Shown one piece after another: positions 26,494-35,533 of a stretch of DNA of 44,960 bases. The DNA is from a virus. Numbering within the stretch: position 1 is the first letter of the stretch; the number at the start of each line of letters is the position of its first letter. The position numbers and the translations under genes were made by a program. The notes under the pieces were generated by a model that saw only the letters and a program-made list of their open reading frames with translations, was not told where the DNA came from and did no database searches. Location of the stretch: the IMG/VR virus record IMGVR_UViG_3300031728_000001. One strand, written 5' to 3'.

Positions 26494-26779
26494 TACAATT
26501 GAAGATTTAAAAAAAATAGTTGGTAAAAAAGTTTATTTAGGTAAGCGTATTGCTTGGAACAACAATGATAATGATTTTGATACTTTTGAATTAGAAGTAG
26601 GAAGTATAATTATTGGACGCAAAAGATATAAAAATGAACTTGGGCCAGTAGAAGTTTTGATAAAGCCTACTGTAAAAAGTGATCCTTGGGAAGTAATTGG
26701 TGAAGTTCCTATTGATTTTGTTTGGAATACTCGTGAAGAGGCATTGGATTTTATAGCGGAATATGAAAGACAAGATTAA
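26477..26779 (+). CDS. hypothetical protein
   Basis: ORF. Confidence 0.5.
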   Translation: MKMKVDTIEDLKKIVGKKVYLGKRIAWNNNDNDFDTFELEVGSIIIGRKRYKNELGPVEVLIKPTVKSDPWEVIGEVPIDFVWNTREEALDFIAEYERQD

Positions 26780-27024
26780 TGCATGTGAATTTTAATGGTA
26801 TAAGGATAAATTTAGCAAGAGCATATAATGGTTTGTTTGAGCAATCTGAGTCAATAGATAATGAGAGGATTGAAATAAGCAAAGATAGACTTGCTGAGAT
26901 GTGTGAAATGGTAGGTGCATTTTTGTGTATTTATAACGAAGGAGATGAATCTTTTCGTGATTTATCAGGTGATGTTAAATTGAGAGACCCATATACTGGT
27001 AGATGGGAAGAAGATGATGGTTGA
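26779..27024 (+). CDS. hypothetical protein
   Basis: ORF. Confidence 0.45.
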   Translation: MHVNFNGIRINLARAYNGLFEQSESIDNERIEISKDRLAEMCEMVGAFLCIYNEGDESFRDLSGDVKLRDPYTGRWEEDDG

Positions 27025-27310
27025 TAATAATTATTGTATGACATGTGAAAGTGTAAGGAGGGTTGCATCTGAAGATTTAGAAAAAGAAGGATATGTGGGT
27101 TGTAATATTTTGAGTGGTATTAGAGGTGTTATTTGTTATAATAAAGATGATTTGAATAAAATAACAGGTAATGTTGTTGCTATGGGATGGGTTGATTTGG
27201 GTTCTCGTCCTGGCAGTAAAAGTAGTGGTATGATAACAAATGAACAATTGATAATAAAAGGTGTTATTTCTTGTCCATGGTTTGAATTGAATTGTAGGAA
27301 TAGAAGATGA
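27014..27310 (+). CDS. hypothetical protein
   Basis: ORF. Confidence 0.45.
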   Translation: MMVDNNYCMTCESVRRVASEDLEKEGYVGCNILSGIRGVICYNKDDLNKITGNVVAMGWVDLGSRPGSKSSGMITNEQLIIKGVISCPWFELNCRNRR

Positions 27311-27522
27311 GTTGTTGTAAAGATAAGAGATATATAATTGTGAAGATAGAAGGAATACATAGGGTTATTGATGTGTTGGAGGAGGAATTAAAAGGGTCAT
27401 ATATGGATTTGCCATCAGCGTATCAAGCGATTTGTGGGTTTTTACTTGAGGACCAGAAGAATAAAAAATGTAAAAAACATAAAGGGGATAATATTCGTCG
27501 TGTTCTTTTGGAATCACCATAA
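27307..27522 (+). CDS. hypothetical protein
   Basis: ORF. Confidence 0.45.
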   Translation: MSCCKDKRYIIVKIEGIHRVIDVLEEELKGSYMDLPSAYQAICGFLLEDQKNKKCKKHKGDNIRRVLLESP

Positions 27523-27550
27523 AATATGATTGATGAATGTTGGGTGAGTT

Positions 27551-27859
27551 GTGAATAGATTTGTAATGATGAAAGATGGTTTTTGGAAATGGGATATTGG
27601 TGGGTTGAGTTTTTTGATTGGTAGTACAAGAGAAAAAAAGACATATTTAGCATTATGGGTAACAACTATTTCGATATTGAATTATAGAATGGTTGAAAGA
27701 AGAATTGTTGAAGGTAATTATGGATTAGTGTTAAAGAATTTAGAGAAAGAAGCAGCAATTCTTTTGGTTAGAAGTAAAGTTAATGGTGGAAAAGATTTCA
27801 TTGAATATATAAACAAAAGACAAGATGTAATGGATAGTTTGATGTGTGTTAGGTATTGA
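27551..27859 (+). CDS. hypothetical protein
   Basis: ORF. Confidence 0.45.
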   Translation: MNRFVMMKDGFWKWDIGGLSFLIGSTREKKTYLALWVTTISILNYRMVERRIVEGNYGLVLKNLEKEAAILLVRSKVNGGKDFIEYINKRQDVMDSLMCVRY

Positions 27860-28421
27860 TATGAATAAATTGGAAGATATGTCTAAAGCATTTGATTCAT
27901 TAACTGGTGTTTGTGATAATTGTGGTTATACAGATGATAATATAGGTCGAAAAGAATGTTTAATGTGTGGAGCAAAGGCTTATGATGTAAAATTGCATGT
28001 TTTGGATAAAGATAGACCCAGTTTTCAAAAAATATATATGAATCTTGCGATTGATATTTCTAAACGATCTACTTGTTCTAGGAGACAAGTAGGTTGTGTA
28101 ATATCTTCTAGTGATTTCAGAAGGATTCTTGCTGTTGGATATAACGGTAATGCTTCTGGGTTGCCCAATAAGTGTGATGCACCAAATGTTTCTTCAGGGT
28201 GTGGATGCATTCATGCTGAGGAAAATGCTTGTATTTCTTGTGTTGAGCCAAGGAGTACAAAGAAAATAGTTTTTGTTACGGTTTTTCCTTGTAAGATGTG
28301 TGCAAAAAGATTTGTACAACTTGGTGGTGTGAAACAAATATATTATTTAGATGATTATCATGATGAAGAAGCAAAATTTGTTTTTGATATGGCTGGAATT
28401 GAGTTTTGTCGTTTGTTGTAA
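27846..28421 (+). CDS. dCMP deaminase (cytidine/deoxycytidylate deaminase zinc-binding family) with N-terminal zinc ribbon
   Basis: Deaminase motifs CIHAEENA and PCKMCAKRF. N-terminus CDNCG..CLMCG. Confidence 0.7.
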   Translation: MLGIDMNKLEDMSKAFDSLTGVCDNCGYTDDNIGRKECLMCGAKAYDVKLHVLDKDRPSFQKIYMNLAIDISKRSTCSRRQVGCVISSSDFRRILAVGYNGNASGLPNKCDAPNVSSGCGCIHAEENACISCVEPRSTKKIVFVTVFPCKMCAKRFVQLGGVKQIYYLDDYHDEEAKFVFDMAGIEFCRLL

Positions 28422-28438
28422 TTATGGGAGATTGATTT

Positions 28439-28663
28439 ATGATAGAAGTGAAAAGATGGATGTTTAGATGTTGGGTGGAAGGAATAATAATGGAAAGAGA
28501 TTCCAAAGGTAGGGTTGTTGCAGTTGAAGAAGGTAAATGTCAAGAAGCTGAAGATGCGTTGAATAGGGGAGAAACAATAGGTTTTTTGGATAACAGGGGT
28601 AAATGTATTTCAACGATGTCATTAGTTGATGGTGAATATAAAGAAAAGTTATATGAAGATTAA
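28439..28663 (+). CDS. hypothetical protein
   Basis: ORF. Confidence 0.45.
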   Translation: MIEVKRWMFRCWVEGIIMERDSKGRVVAVEEGKCQEAEDALNRGETIGFLDNRGKCISTMSLVDGEYKEKLYED

Positions 28664-28901
28664 GCATAGAGATATCTTTACAAAAGAACAAATTGAAGAA
28701 TTTGTTGGTGAATTTGTTACAATTAATTATAAGGGTCTTTTAGATAGGAAAGTTTTGGTAACTAGGCTTTTTAAGGGAAGTATAGGTTTTGATTCTAAAG
28801 AAGAATGGATATTAGGTGTTATTGAAATTGGGAAAGGATTTTTTGAGATACCGATTGCTATTTCTAATATATTAGAGATAAAGAAATTGGTAGTTGATTA
28901 G
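28653..28901 (+). CDS. hypothetical protein
   Basis: ATG 28653 is an internal start of ORF 28626-28901. Confidence 0.45.
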   Translation: MKIKHRDIFTKEQIEEFVGEFVTINYKGLLDRKVLVTRLFKGSIGFDSKEEWILGVIEIGKGFFEIPIAISNILEIKKLVVD

Positions 28902-28904
28902 TTG

Positions 28905-28920
28905 GCGAACTCGAGTTTGC
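28905..28920. repeat. copy 6 of palindrome (GCGAACTCGAGTTtGC, one mismatch)
   Basis: 12 nt before ATG 28933. Confidence 0.8.
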
Positions 28921-28932
28921 AAAGAGGTTGTT

Positions 28933-29094
28933 ATGTCGAGACGGGTTGTTGTTTGGTCTGGATGTGCTGATTCTACATATCTTCTTCATTGGTATGCTAC
29001 TTATTCTTCTATACAAAATCCTGTTTATGCTATTACGGTTGATTCTCATCCTCAATTAGATAAGAAATTTATGGCTGCACAAAGAGTATGTTGA
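28933..29094 (+). pseudogene. N-terminal fragment (53 aa) of a QueC-like PP-loop ATPase
   Basis: VVVWSGCADSTYLLHW..VYAITVDSHPQ matches the QueC N-terminus (VVLLSGGLDSTT..VYALSFDYGQRH) but stops after about 53 codons. QueC is about 220 aa. Confidence 0.4.
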
Positions 29095-29117
29095 AGAGAT
29101 GAAAGATAGGAATAGTA

Positions 29118-29672
29118 ATGCAGACAATAAAGTTTAATTATGATTTTTTGGATGTACCATGTAAGAAGAATAAAGAAGTTATGGTTGGTTCTATTATATG
29201 TAAAAAATGTAAGCATAACAAAACTTCAGGTATAAGAATGAGATATGGAGGGGAAATAATGTGTAATTATGATGAAGATGTTATTGTTATTGGTGATAGA
29301 GAAATAGTTGGTTGGTCATGTAATGAAAATGAAGAGCGGATTGTTTGTAGTGATAAAGATGAAGCTATACGATATTATCTTGAAGCGTTTGAGTGTGGAG
29401 AAAAACCAGATAAGATAAAAGTTTATGGATTTGCTCGTTCTGAAATACATGATGATGGAACAGGTGTTTTAGAAGATTTTTTGATTTGGTTAGATGAAGA
29501 TTTTGGAGATCCAGATAGTGGATGGACAGAACCTTCTGATAAAATGAAAAAGGCAGCAAAAGAATTTGTTGATGTCGTAATATCAGAATATGAAGTTTGG
29601 GCTTGTGATTGTGTTTATGAAGAAGAAGTTGATTTGAAAAAATGGATTGAAAAGAATGAAAGAAAAATTTAA
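29118..29672 (+). CDS. hypothetical Cys-rich protein
   Basis: ORF. Confidence 0.5.
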   Translation: MQTIKFNYDFLDVPCKKNKEVMVGSIICKKCKHNKTSGIRMRYGGEIMCNYDEDVIVIGDREIVGWSCNENEERIVCSDKDEAIRYYLEAFECGEKPDKIKVYGFARSEIHDDGTGVLEDFLIWLDEDFGDPDSGWTEPSDKMKKAAKEFVDVVISEYEVWACDCVYEEEVDLKKWIEKNERKI

Positions 29673-29937
29673 AGATCTTGATAAATGTATAGCAATAATT
29701 CGTGAAGTATTTGGTAATCTTAGGATATTGATTGAATCAGTGATTGGTCCAGCAACTCATTATGATGATCCAGATTATTATATTGAAATGACGCTTTATC
29801 CATCAAAGTTTTTGGATGATACATCAAAAGAAGAATTTAGAAAGAAAAGTTTGAAAGTGTATTCTATATTGAGACAAAAAGGATATAGAGATATTTGTGA
29901 AAAAGTTGTGATTAGAAAAGGTTGGAGTAGTTATTAA
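29647..29937 (+). CDS. hypothetical protein
   Basis: ORF. Confidence 0.45.
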   Translation: MKRMKEKFKDLDKCIAIIREVFGNLRILIESVIGPATHYDDPDYYIEMTLYPSKFLDDTSKEEFRKKSLKVYSILRQKGYRDICEKVVIRKGWSSY

Positions 29938-30138
29938 GATAAAATATCATTATGAAGATGAAGAAACATGTAGATTGTTTACAGATTGTCGTTTTGGTGA
30001 GAGTGTTGATTTGGATGGTCATGTTGTAATAATTAAGGTTGGGTCTATAATGTGTGAGAGATGTAAGCATTTTATAAGTATAGATAATAAAAATAGAGAA
30101 GTTGAATGTGGAATGTGGAGTGGAAAGGAAGATAAAAA

Positions 30139-30846
30139 ATGAAAATTGTAGAACCATCAGTTGAAGTTATATTTTGGGCTCCTGAAGATAGTGGAACATT
30201 AGAGGAAGGAATTGAGAAAGCAGCAAGAACTTGTTACAAAAGTGAAGGGAAAATTGGTGAAGGAACAGCGGATAAACTGATTAGGAAACTCAGAAAAAGT
30301 GGTCACCATGCTATGCTTGAGTTTGGTTATATAATGGCAAGGATTATTGCGGACCGAGGTTTGAGTCATGAGTTGGTAAGGCATAGATTGGCATCTTTTG
30401 CACAGGAATCGACACGATGGTGCAATTACAATTATGAAAGATTTGATTCTGAAATTTCTGTAATAGAACCTCCAGGATTGACAGAGGAACAGAGAGTCAT
30501 ATGGTCTGTAGCAATGGCTGATGCTGAAAGACATTATATGACTTTGATAAAAATTGGTGCTAAGCCACAAATAGCTAGGTCGATTCTTCCGATAGGGTTA
30601 AAGACTGAGATTGTTATTGGGGCAAATCCAAGGGAATGGAGGCATATTTTCAAGATGAGGTGTGATAAGCATGCTCACCCTATAATTAGAAGTATAATGA
30701 TAGAGATTTTGTTGCAGTGTCGTAATAAATATCCTGCTATTTTTGATGACCTTTTTGATGATTTGCATGATGAACTTATAAATAAATGGTCGGAATTAAA
30801 AGATAAAACTATGAGGGAAGCGATAATGAAATATGTCGTTGACTAA
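30139..30846 (+). CDS. thyX: flavin-dependent thymidylate synthase ThyX
   Basis: ThyX signature RHRLASFAQESTRW (RHRxxSxxxxSxR). HHAMLEFG. Size 235 aa. Confidence 0.8.
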   Translation: MKIVEPSVEVIFWAPEDSGTLEEGIEKAARTCYKSEGKIGEGTADKLIRKLRKSGHHAMLEFGYIMARIIADRGLSHELVRHRLASFAQESTRWCNYNYERFDSEISVIEPPGLTEEQRVIWSVAMADAERHYMTLIKIGAKPQIARSILPIGLKTEIVIGANPREWRHIFKMRCDKHAHPIIRSIMIEILLQCRNKYPAIFDDLFDDLHDELINKWSELKDKTMREAIMKYVVD

Positions 30847-30910
30847 CTGTATTAATGTGTTAATATGGTTTTTATGTTGATTTGTAGCAAGATTCTACAA
30901 GGAGATATAG

Positions 30911-31129
30911 ATGAAAACTGTAAAAATAACAATTGAAGTTAAAGTACCTAATAAAACTAAGTTTGTAGCTGTTGACAAGAATGGGTATGTATATGCTTAT
31001 TCAAGTGTTAAACCAGTTGCGTTTTCTAACGAAAGTGTATGGGATATTGATGGTGGTATTGAAGAGTCAAAAAATTTTTCTAAAAGGGAAGTTTATAATT
31101 GGAGAGATACGTTGACGAAAGTTGAATAG
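30911..31129 (+). CDS. small hypothetical protein, paralog of 31825-32106
   Basis: MKTVKITIEVKVPNKTKFVAVDKNGYVY...NWRDTLTKVE versus MKKVKITIEVEVKDEAKFVAVESDGTVY...NWRETITEVK. Confidence 0.55.
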   Translation: MKTVKITIEVKVPNKTKFVAVDKNGYVYAYSSVKPVAFSNESVWDIDGGIEESKNFSKREVYNWRDTLTKVE

Positions 31130-31131
31130 TT

Positions 31132-31515
31132 ATGGTTGATATAGATAATTTTTTACCGTTGACTGGTAAAGAACCACCACCAGGTTGGAGAAGACGTGTT
31201 GATGGTTTCTCTGCTTTCTATCATGGGGTATGGGATAATGAGAAAAAGCAGATGAGAGTGATAATATCGTATTCTAATGGATACGGTGATGGTAAATGGT
31301 GGTACCATGTTTCAGTATCTCATCGAAAAAGAATGATTACTTATGATGAATTAACATATGTTAAAAGACATTGGGTTGGAGATGACCATAAAGCTATTAT
31401 GGTGCTTCCTGAAAAATCAAAACATGTGAATATACATCCAAATTGTCTTCATTTGTTTTGTTGTCTTGATGGAGACCCTTTGCCTGATTTTACTGGAGGT
31501 ATGGGTACGATATGA
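31132..31515 (+). CDS. hypothetical protein
   Basis: ORF. Confidence 0.5.
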   Translation: MVDIDNFLPLTGKEPPPGWRRRVDGFSAFYHGVWDNEKKQMRVIISYSNGYGDGKWWYHVSVSHRKRMITYDELTYVKRHWVGDDHKAIMVLPEKSKHVNIHPNCLHLFCCLDGDPLPDFTGGMGTI

Positions 31516-31838
31516 CAAAAGAATTTCATGTTGAAACTGGAATATTGACGGAAGTTAAAACATCTAAGGTAGTTTTGATTACTGTTATAGAAAAACCATT
31601 TAGTTCTTTTGGTGAGTATAGAGATGACCATGAACATTCACGTAGTGGAGATCTGCAATCTTATTGTTTTATGTGTTCTAGATTGTTTAAAAATGAAGAC
31701 AATATATTTTTAAGTTATTGGGAATCTCATGATAATGTGTTTTTATGTGAATCATGTAAAAATTTAGCATTAGAGTCTTGTGAAAAAAATATTGGGTCTG
31801 GTTTGATTGTAAAGAGGGGAAGATATGAAGAAAGTTAA
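31512..31838 (+). CDS. hypothetical protein (CFMC..CESC zinc-binding pairs)
   Basis: ORF. Confidence 0.45.
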   Translation: MTKEFHVETGILTEVKTSKVVLITVIEKPFSSFGEYRDDHEHSRSGDLQSYCFMCSRLFKNEDNIFLSYWESHDNVFLCESCKNLALESCEKNIGSGLIVKRGRYEES

Positions 31839-32106
31839 AATTACAATAGAAGTAGAAGTAAAAGATGAAGCGAAGTTTGTAGCGGTAGAAAGTGACGGTA
31901 CCGTTTATTCATTTGGTGAATTTCCTAATCCTTCTCTTCATGGATCATACTTTGAAGTAGAAGATGATGTTTTTTGTGAGTCTGCTAGAGTTAGTAATTG
32001 GCGTGAAACAATTACTGAAGTAAAAAATACTGAAGTAAAAAATAAAAATAGACCAAATAAGCCTGATATAGATTGGTTTGATAACATTTTTGATACCAAA
32101 AAATGA
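31825..32106 (+). CDS. small hypothetical protein, paralog of 30911-31129
   Basis: See the paralog entry at 30911. Confidence 0.55.
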   Translation: MKKVKITIEVEVKDEAKFVAVESDGTVYSFGEFPNPSLHGSYFEVEDDVFCESARVSNWRETITEVKNTEVKNKNRPNKPDIDWFDNIFDTKK

Positions 32107-32150
32107 TTAGCAGAATGGGGTCAAAAACTGAATAGGTGATGAAATAATAA

Positions 32151-32345
32151 ATGAGACCAGATAGACCAGGATATTGGTGGTGGCGTGTTGATGCTTCATG
32201 TAAGTGGGGGATAGTAGAAGTATTAAAAAATTCTGATGATGAATTTATAGTTAGATGGATAGGTAAATCAGGATTTAGTTTTTTGTCTGTTGTTGGAGGT
32301 GAGTGGCTTGGAATGGTATGTTTAAATCATATAACACCTAAGTGA
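32151..32345 (+). CDS. hypothetical protein
   Basis: ORF. Confidence 0.4.
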   Translation: MRPDRPGYWWWRVDASCKWGIVEVLKNSDDEFIVRWIGKSGFSFLSVVGGEWLGMVCLNHITPK

Positions 32346-32446
32346 CCGTGATGGTTTAGTGTGCAGTAATGAAGATTTGAAGGATTTTGAAAGAATTAGT
32401 TTGGATTCTGAATTATCAGTTTTGGCTGTTTGGAACAGGAGTATTG

Positions 32447-32460
32447 CGAACTCGAGTTCG
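32447..32460. repeat. copy 7 of palindrome (gCGAACTCGAGTTCGt; 14-bp perfect core)
   Basis: 19 nt before ATG 32480. Confidence 0.85.
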
Positions 32461-32479
32461 TTTTAAAGGAATAGTGAAA

Positions 32480-32701
32480 ATGGTTTTTGAGGTTGGTAAA
32501 TTTTATAGGCATATGGGTTCAGGACAAGATTTAGCAATTGTTGGAGAAGTAAATACTACAATGTATGGACATATTTTAGTTGCAGAAGTTGCAGGAAGTA
32601 AGTTTGGTACAGGGTTGATACCAGTTGGTACTTATGAATCATGTGCTGAAAATTATGAAGAAATTACCTTTGAAGAATGGATGAAAAATTTTAGTAAATA
32701 G
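32480..32701 (+). CDS. hypothetical protein
   Basis: SD aaagga before ATG 32480 (internal start of ORF 32387-32701, downstream of the palindrome). Confidence 0.45.
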   Translation: MVFEVGKFYRHMGSGQDLAIVGEVNTTMYGHILVAEVAGSKFGTGLIPVGTYESCAENYEEITFEEWMKNFSK

Positions 32702-32710
32702 AGGCTTGAA

Positions 32711-32899
32711 ATGACTGAAAAATGGGAACCTAAACGTGGTGATAAAGTAGATTATCATTCTATGATAGATGGAAGAGTGATTTCTAAAGGACATATAATT
32801 GAAGCATTAGGTACCTTTTCAAATGGTCATGAAGTTGCTTGGATTTCAGGAGTATATGGTTGTATATCATTAAAATATTTGACGTTATCCAAAGATTGA
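32711..32899 (+). CDS. hypothetical protein
   Basis: ORF. Confidence 0.4.
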   Translation: MTEKWEPKRGDKVDYHSMIDGRVISKGHIIEALGTFSNGHEVAWISGVYGCISLKYLTLSKD

Positions 32900-32937
32900 T
32901 TAGGTAATAAAAATAAAAGATGAAATGAGATAGTAAT

Positions 32938-33195
32938 ATGGTTTATAGAGAAAGATATAAAAAAATTACAAGAACATTTGGTTTTATAGATAAAAGTGAT
33001 GATTTACATGGTATTGATTTTGAATCAGTTCATAGGATTAGGTTGCAAAAAAATTATGCATCTGAATCATCTGTAATAACAATATTTTGGGATCGTGAGT
33101 ATTCTGACTTAGTTAAAACAGAATTTACAGTTGGAAATGAGCTTGCACTAGAGATCATGAATAAGTGGTCTGCATATATGAATGAGGATGATTAA
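32938..33195 (+). CDS. hypothetical protein
   Basis: ORF. Confidence 0.45.
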   Translation: MVYRERYKKITRTFGFIDKSDDLHGIDFESVHRIRLQKNYASESSVITIFWDREYSDLVKTEFTVGNELALEIMNKWSAYMNEDD

Positions 33196-33459
33196 ATGGA
33201 AGATAAGAATAAATTAGCTATAGCTAAAAAAATAAATGATAGTACAGAATTGTTTAGTATATCTGCTGTATATACACAAGATGCAGATTCTTGTAGTAAT
33301 GAAACATGTCAGGAATTGGAATTGAAGACAGATGATGCAGGTGGCGGAATGTATTACGTTTTATCTACGAAAAGATGGGCTTTTGAAAGTGTTGATGAGA
33401 TAGTAGGTATAATTGAAGATTTTCTGAAAAGAGTAAAGAATGGTGATAATGATGACTAA
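33196..33459 (+). CDS. hypothetical acidic protein
   Basis: ORF. Confidence 0.45.
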   Translation: MEDKNKLAIAKKINDSTELFSISAVYTQDADSCSNETCQELELKTDDAGGGMYYVLSTKRWAFESVDEIVGIIEDFLKRVKNGDNDD

Positions 33460-33979
33460 ACCTGAGATTAAGCCAGAATGGGTTGAAAAGTATACTGATT
33501 CATTTGCATCACATTTAAGATATTATCGGCAGGCTGCTGATAAACTTGGTGTTGATAAATCACTTGTGCTGATTCATGATGGTTCGAAAAGTATGGATGA
33601 AGAGTTTCCTTGGTATGTAAGGAGATTTGGTGGTGAGATTAAAGATGATCCTGAATGGTTGGCTGCTTGGAATCATCATATTCATAATAATCCTCATCAT
33701 TGGGAATATTGGATAACACCAGGTGGCAATAATGAACCCAGTACAATATTGCCAATGCCAGAAAGATATGTGTTAGAAATGGTGGCAGATTGGATGGGGT
33801 CTGGGCGTGCATATACTGGTGATTGGGATATGACAGATTGGTTAAGTAGAAATTTGTCAAGGATAAAAATTCATAACAAGACAAGAGGACGTGTTGAGAA
33901 AATTTTAGTTGATAAGCTTGGTTATGAGAGACAGGATATGATGTTATGGAGATGGGATTGTAGGGCAGTTAAAAAATGA
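33440..33979 (+). CDS. hypothetical His-rich protein (HHIHNNPHHWEYW)
   Basis: ORF. Confidence 0.5.
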   Translation: MVIMMTKPEIKPEWVEKYTDSFASHLRYYRQAADKLGVDKSLVLIHDGSKSMDEEFPWYVRRFGGEIKDDPEWLAAWNHHIHNNPHHWEYWITPGGNNEPSTILPMPERYVLEMVADWMGSGRAYTGDWDMTDWLSRNLSRIKIHNKTRGRVEKILVDKLGYERQDMMLWRWDCRAVKK

Positions 33980-34254
33980 GTGGTTTTTTGTCTGGTATTT
34001 TGGGTGATAAAGAGGGTAAAAGATTATATTTATATGAAGAAGTTATTGAACCCTTTTTAAATAGAATAGATGAGGAGATGAAAAATAGGAGAATTTCAAG
34101 ACATGAACTTGCTGAGAAAATGGGATGTGATGTTAGTGATATTAATAGAATGATGGATAGAAGTATTGATATTTATGTTCAAACAATGGTTAACATGGCT
34201 TTCCATGTTGGATTGAAAGTTGTTTTATTGTTAGAAGAGGATACTAATGAGTAA
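33976..34254 (+). CDS. hypothetical protein
   Basis: ORF. Confidence 0.45.
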   Translation: MSGFLSGILGDKEGKRLYLYEEVIEPFLNRIDEEMKNRRISRHELAEKMGCDVSDINRMMDRSIDIYVQTMVNMAFHVGLKVVLLLEEDTNE

Positions 34255-34972
34255 TTTTATTGTATTTGAGGGTATTGATGGTGTTGGAACTACAACACAA
34301 TCATATATGATGTATGAATATTTAAAAGATTTGATTGGAAAGAATCAAGTTGTATGGACAAAAGAACCAACTGATTGTTGTATTGGACATTTAATACGAG
34401 AGATTTTATGTGGTACAGAAGAGAAGTTTTCTGGTAATGCCATGGAATTACTATTTAGAGCAGATAGAATAGACCATGTTGAGAATTTTATAAGACCAAA
34501 GATAGATGAAGGGAAATGGGTTATTTGTGATCGATATTATCCTTCAACACTTGTATATCAAGGAATTCAAAATACTATGTTAGATAGTATAAAGAAGATG
34601 AAGCATATGTTTTATCATTTTATTGATGATGATGGAATTGTTATTCCTATTTTAACAATTATTTTAGATGCTGATGTTGATATTTGTCAGAGCAGAATAA
34701 AAGATAGAGATATTAATCGTGAAATTTATGAAAATATAGAATTTCAATCAAAGATAAAAGAATTGTATTTAGAGTGGGCTAATGTCGATTGGGATAAAAT
34801 AGCTGGGGCACATGGTAAAATTGATGAAATTATTTATCCATGGAATAAAAAAATAGTTGTTGATGCGAATGGAAGTGAAAAAGAAGTTCATGATAGATGT
34901 AAAAAAGTATTATGTGATGTTTTATCTGATGCTTTAGGTATCGATTGGAACAGTTTAGAAGGTATAAAATGA
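34247..34972 (+). CDS. tmk: thymidylate kinase-like dNMP kinase with atypical P-loop (GIDGVGTTTQ, Lys replaced by Thr)
   Basis: FIVFEGIDGVGTTTQ, TKEP, LLFRADRIDHV and WVICDRYYPSTLVYQG align with the Tmk P-loop, TREPGG, DR(Y/H) and LID-adjacent motifs. Confidence 0.65.
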   Translation: MSNFIVFEGIDGVGTTTQSYMMYEYLKDLIGKNQVVWTKEPTDCCIGHLIREILCGTEEKFSGNAMELLFRADRIDHVENFIRPKIDEGKWVICDRYYPSTLVYQGIQNTMLDSIKKMKHMFYHFIDDDGIVIPILTIILDADVDICQSRIKDRDINREIYENIEFQSKIKELYLEWANVDWDKIAGAHGKIDEIIYPWNKKIVVDANGSEKEVHDRCKKVLCDVLSDALGIDWNSLEGIK

Positions 34973-35172
34973 AATATTCTGTTTATGCAAAAGTTGTTGG
35001 AAGTAAATATTTGGGTGAGGTAGAAGCTTCTAGCGAAAAAGAGGCCATTGAAAAAGGTTGGGAATTAGACGAAGCTTGCGTTTGTTTTTGCCATCAGTGT
35101 TCTTCTGAATGTGAAAACCCAGAAGTAGATGACATATCTGTTGTTCAGCATGGAGATGAAGATAATGGGTGA
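34969..35172 (+). CDS. hypothetical protein
   Basis: ATG 34969 is an internal start of ORF 34945-35172. Confidence 0.4.
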   Translation: MKYSVYAKVVGSKYLGEVEASSEKEAIEKGWELDEACVCFCHQCSSECENPEVDDISVVQHGDEDNG

Positions 35173-35533
35173 TTTTGATAAGAGTGGTATTGAGTTAATA
35201 GCAGATGAGAGAAGAAGGCAGATTGAAGAAGAGAAGTATAGTTTAGAACACGATAGGTCTGTTAATAATTGTGGTCAATTGTCTTGGGCAGCTATTGCAT
35301 ATGCTTCACCCGGAAGAGTATATAGAAGAATGGGATTAGGAGAATCTAATTTTAAGTTTATGGACCCTTTTCCTTGGCATATTCAGTATGATGCTAGACT
35401 TAGAACGAGGAAGGCAGATAGGGGGAGTTTTTATCCTTCTGAATATGAAAAAGAGGAGAGGATGAGTTTGTTGATAAAAGCTGGTGCTTTGATTGCTGCA
35501 GAGATAGATAGGCTGAACAAATGGCAGAAGTAA
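35165..35533 (+). CDS. hypothetical protein
   Basis: SD ggag before ATG 35165. Confidence 0.45.
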   Translation: MGDFDKSGIELIADERRRQIEEEKYSLEHDRSVNNCGQLSWAAIAYASPGRVYRRMGLGESNFKFMDPFPWHIQYDARLRTRKADRGSFYPSEYEKEERMSLLIKAGALIAAEIDRLNKWQK

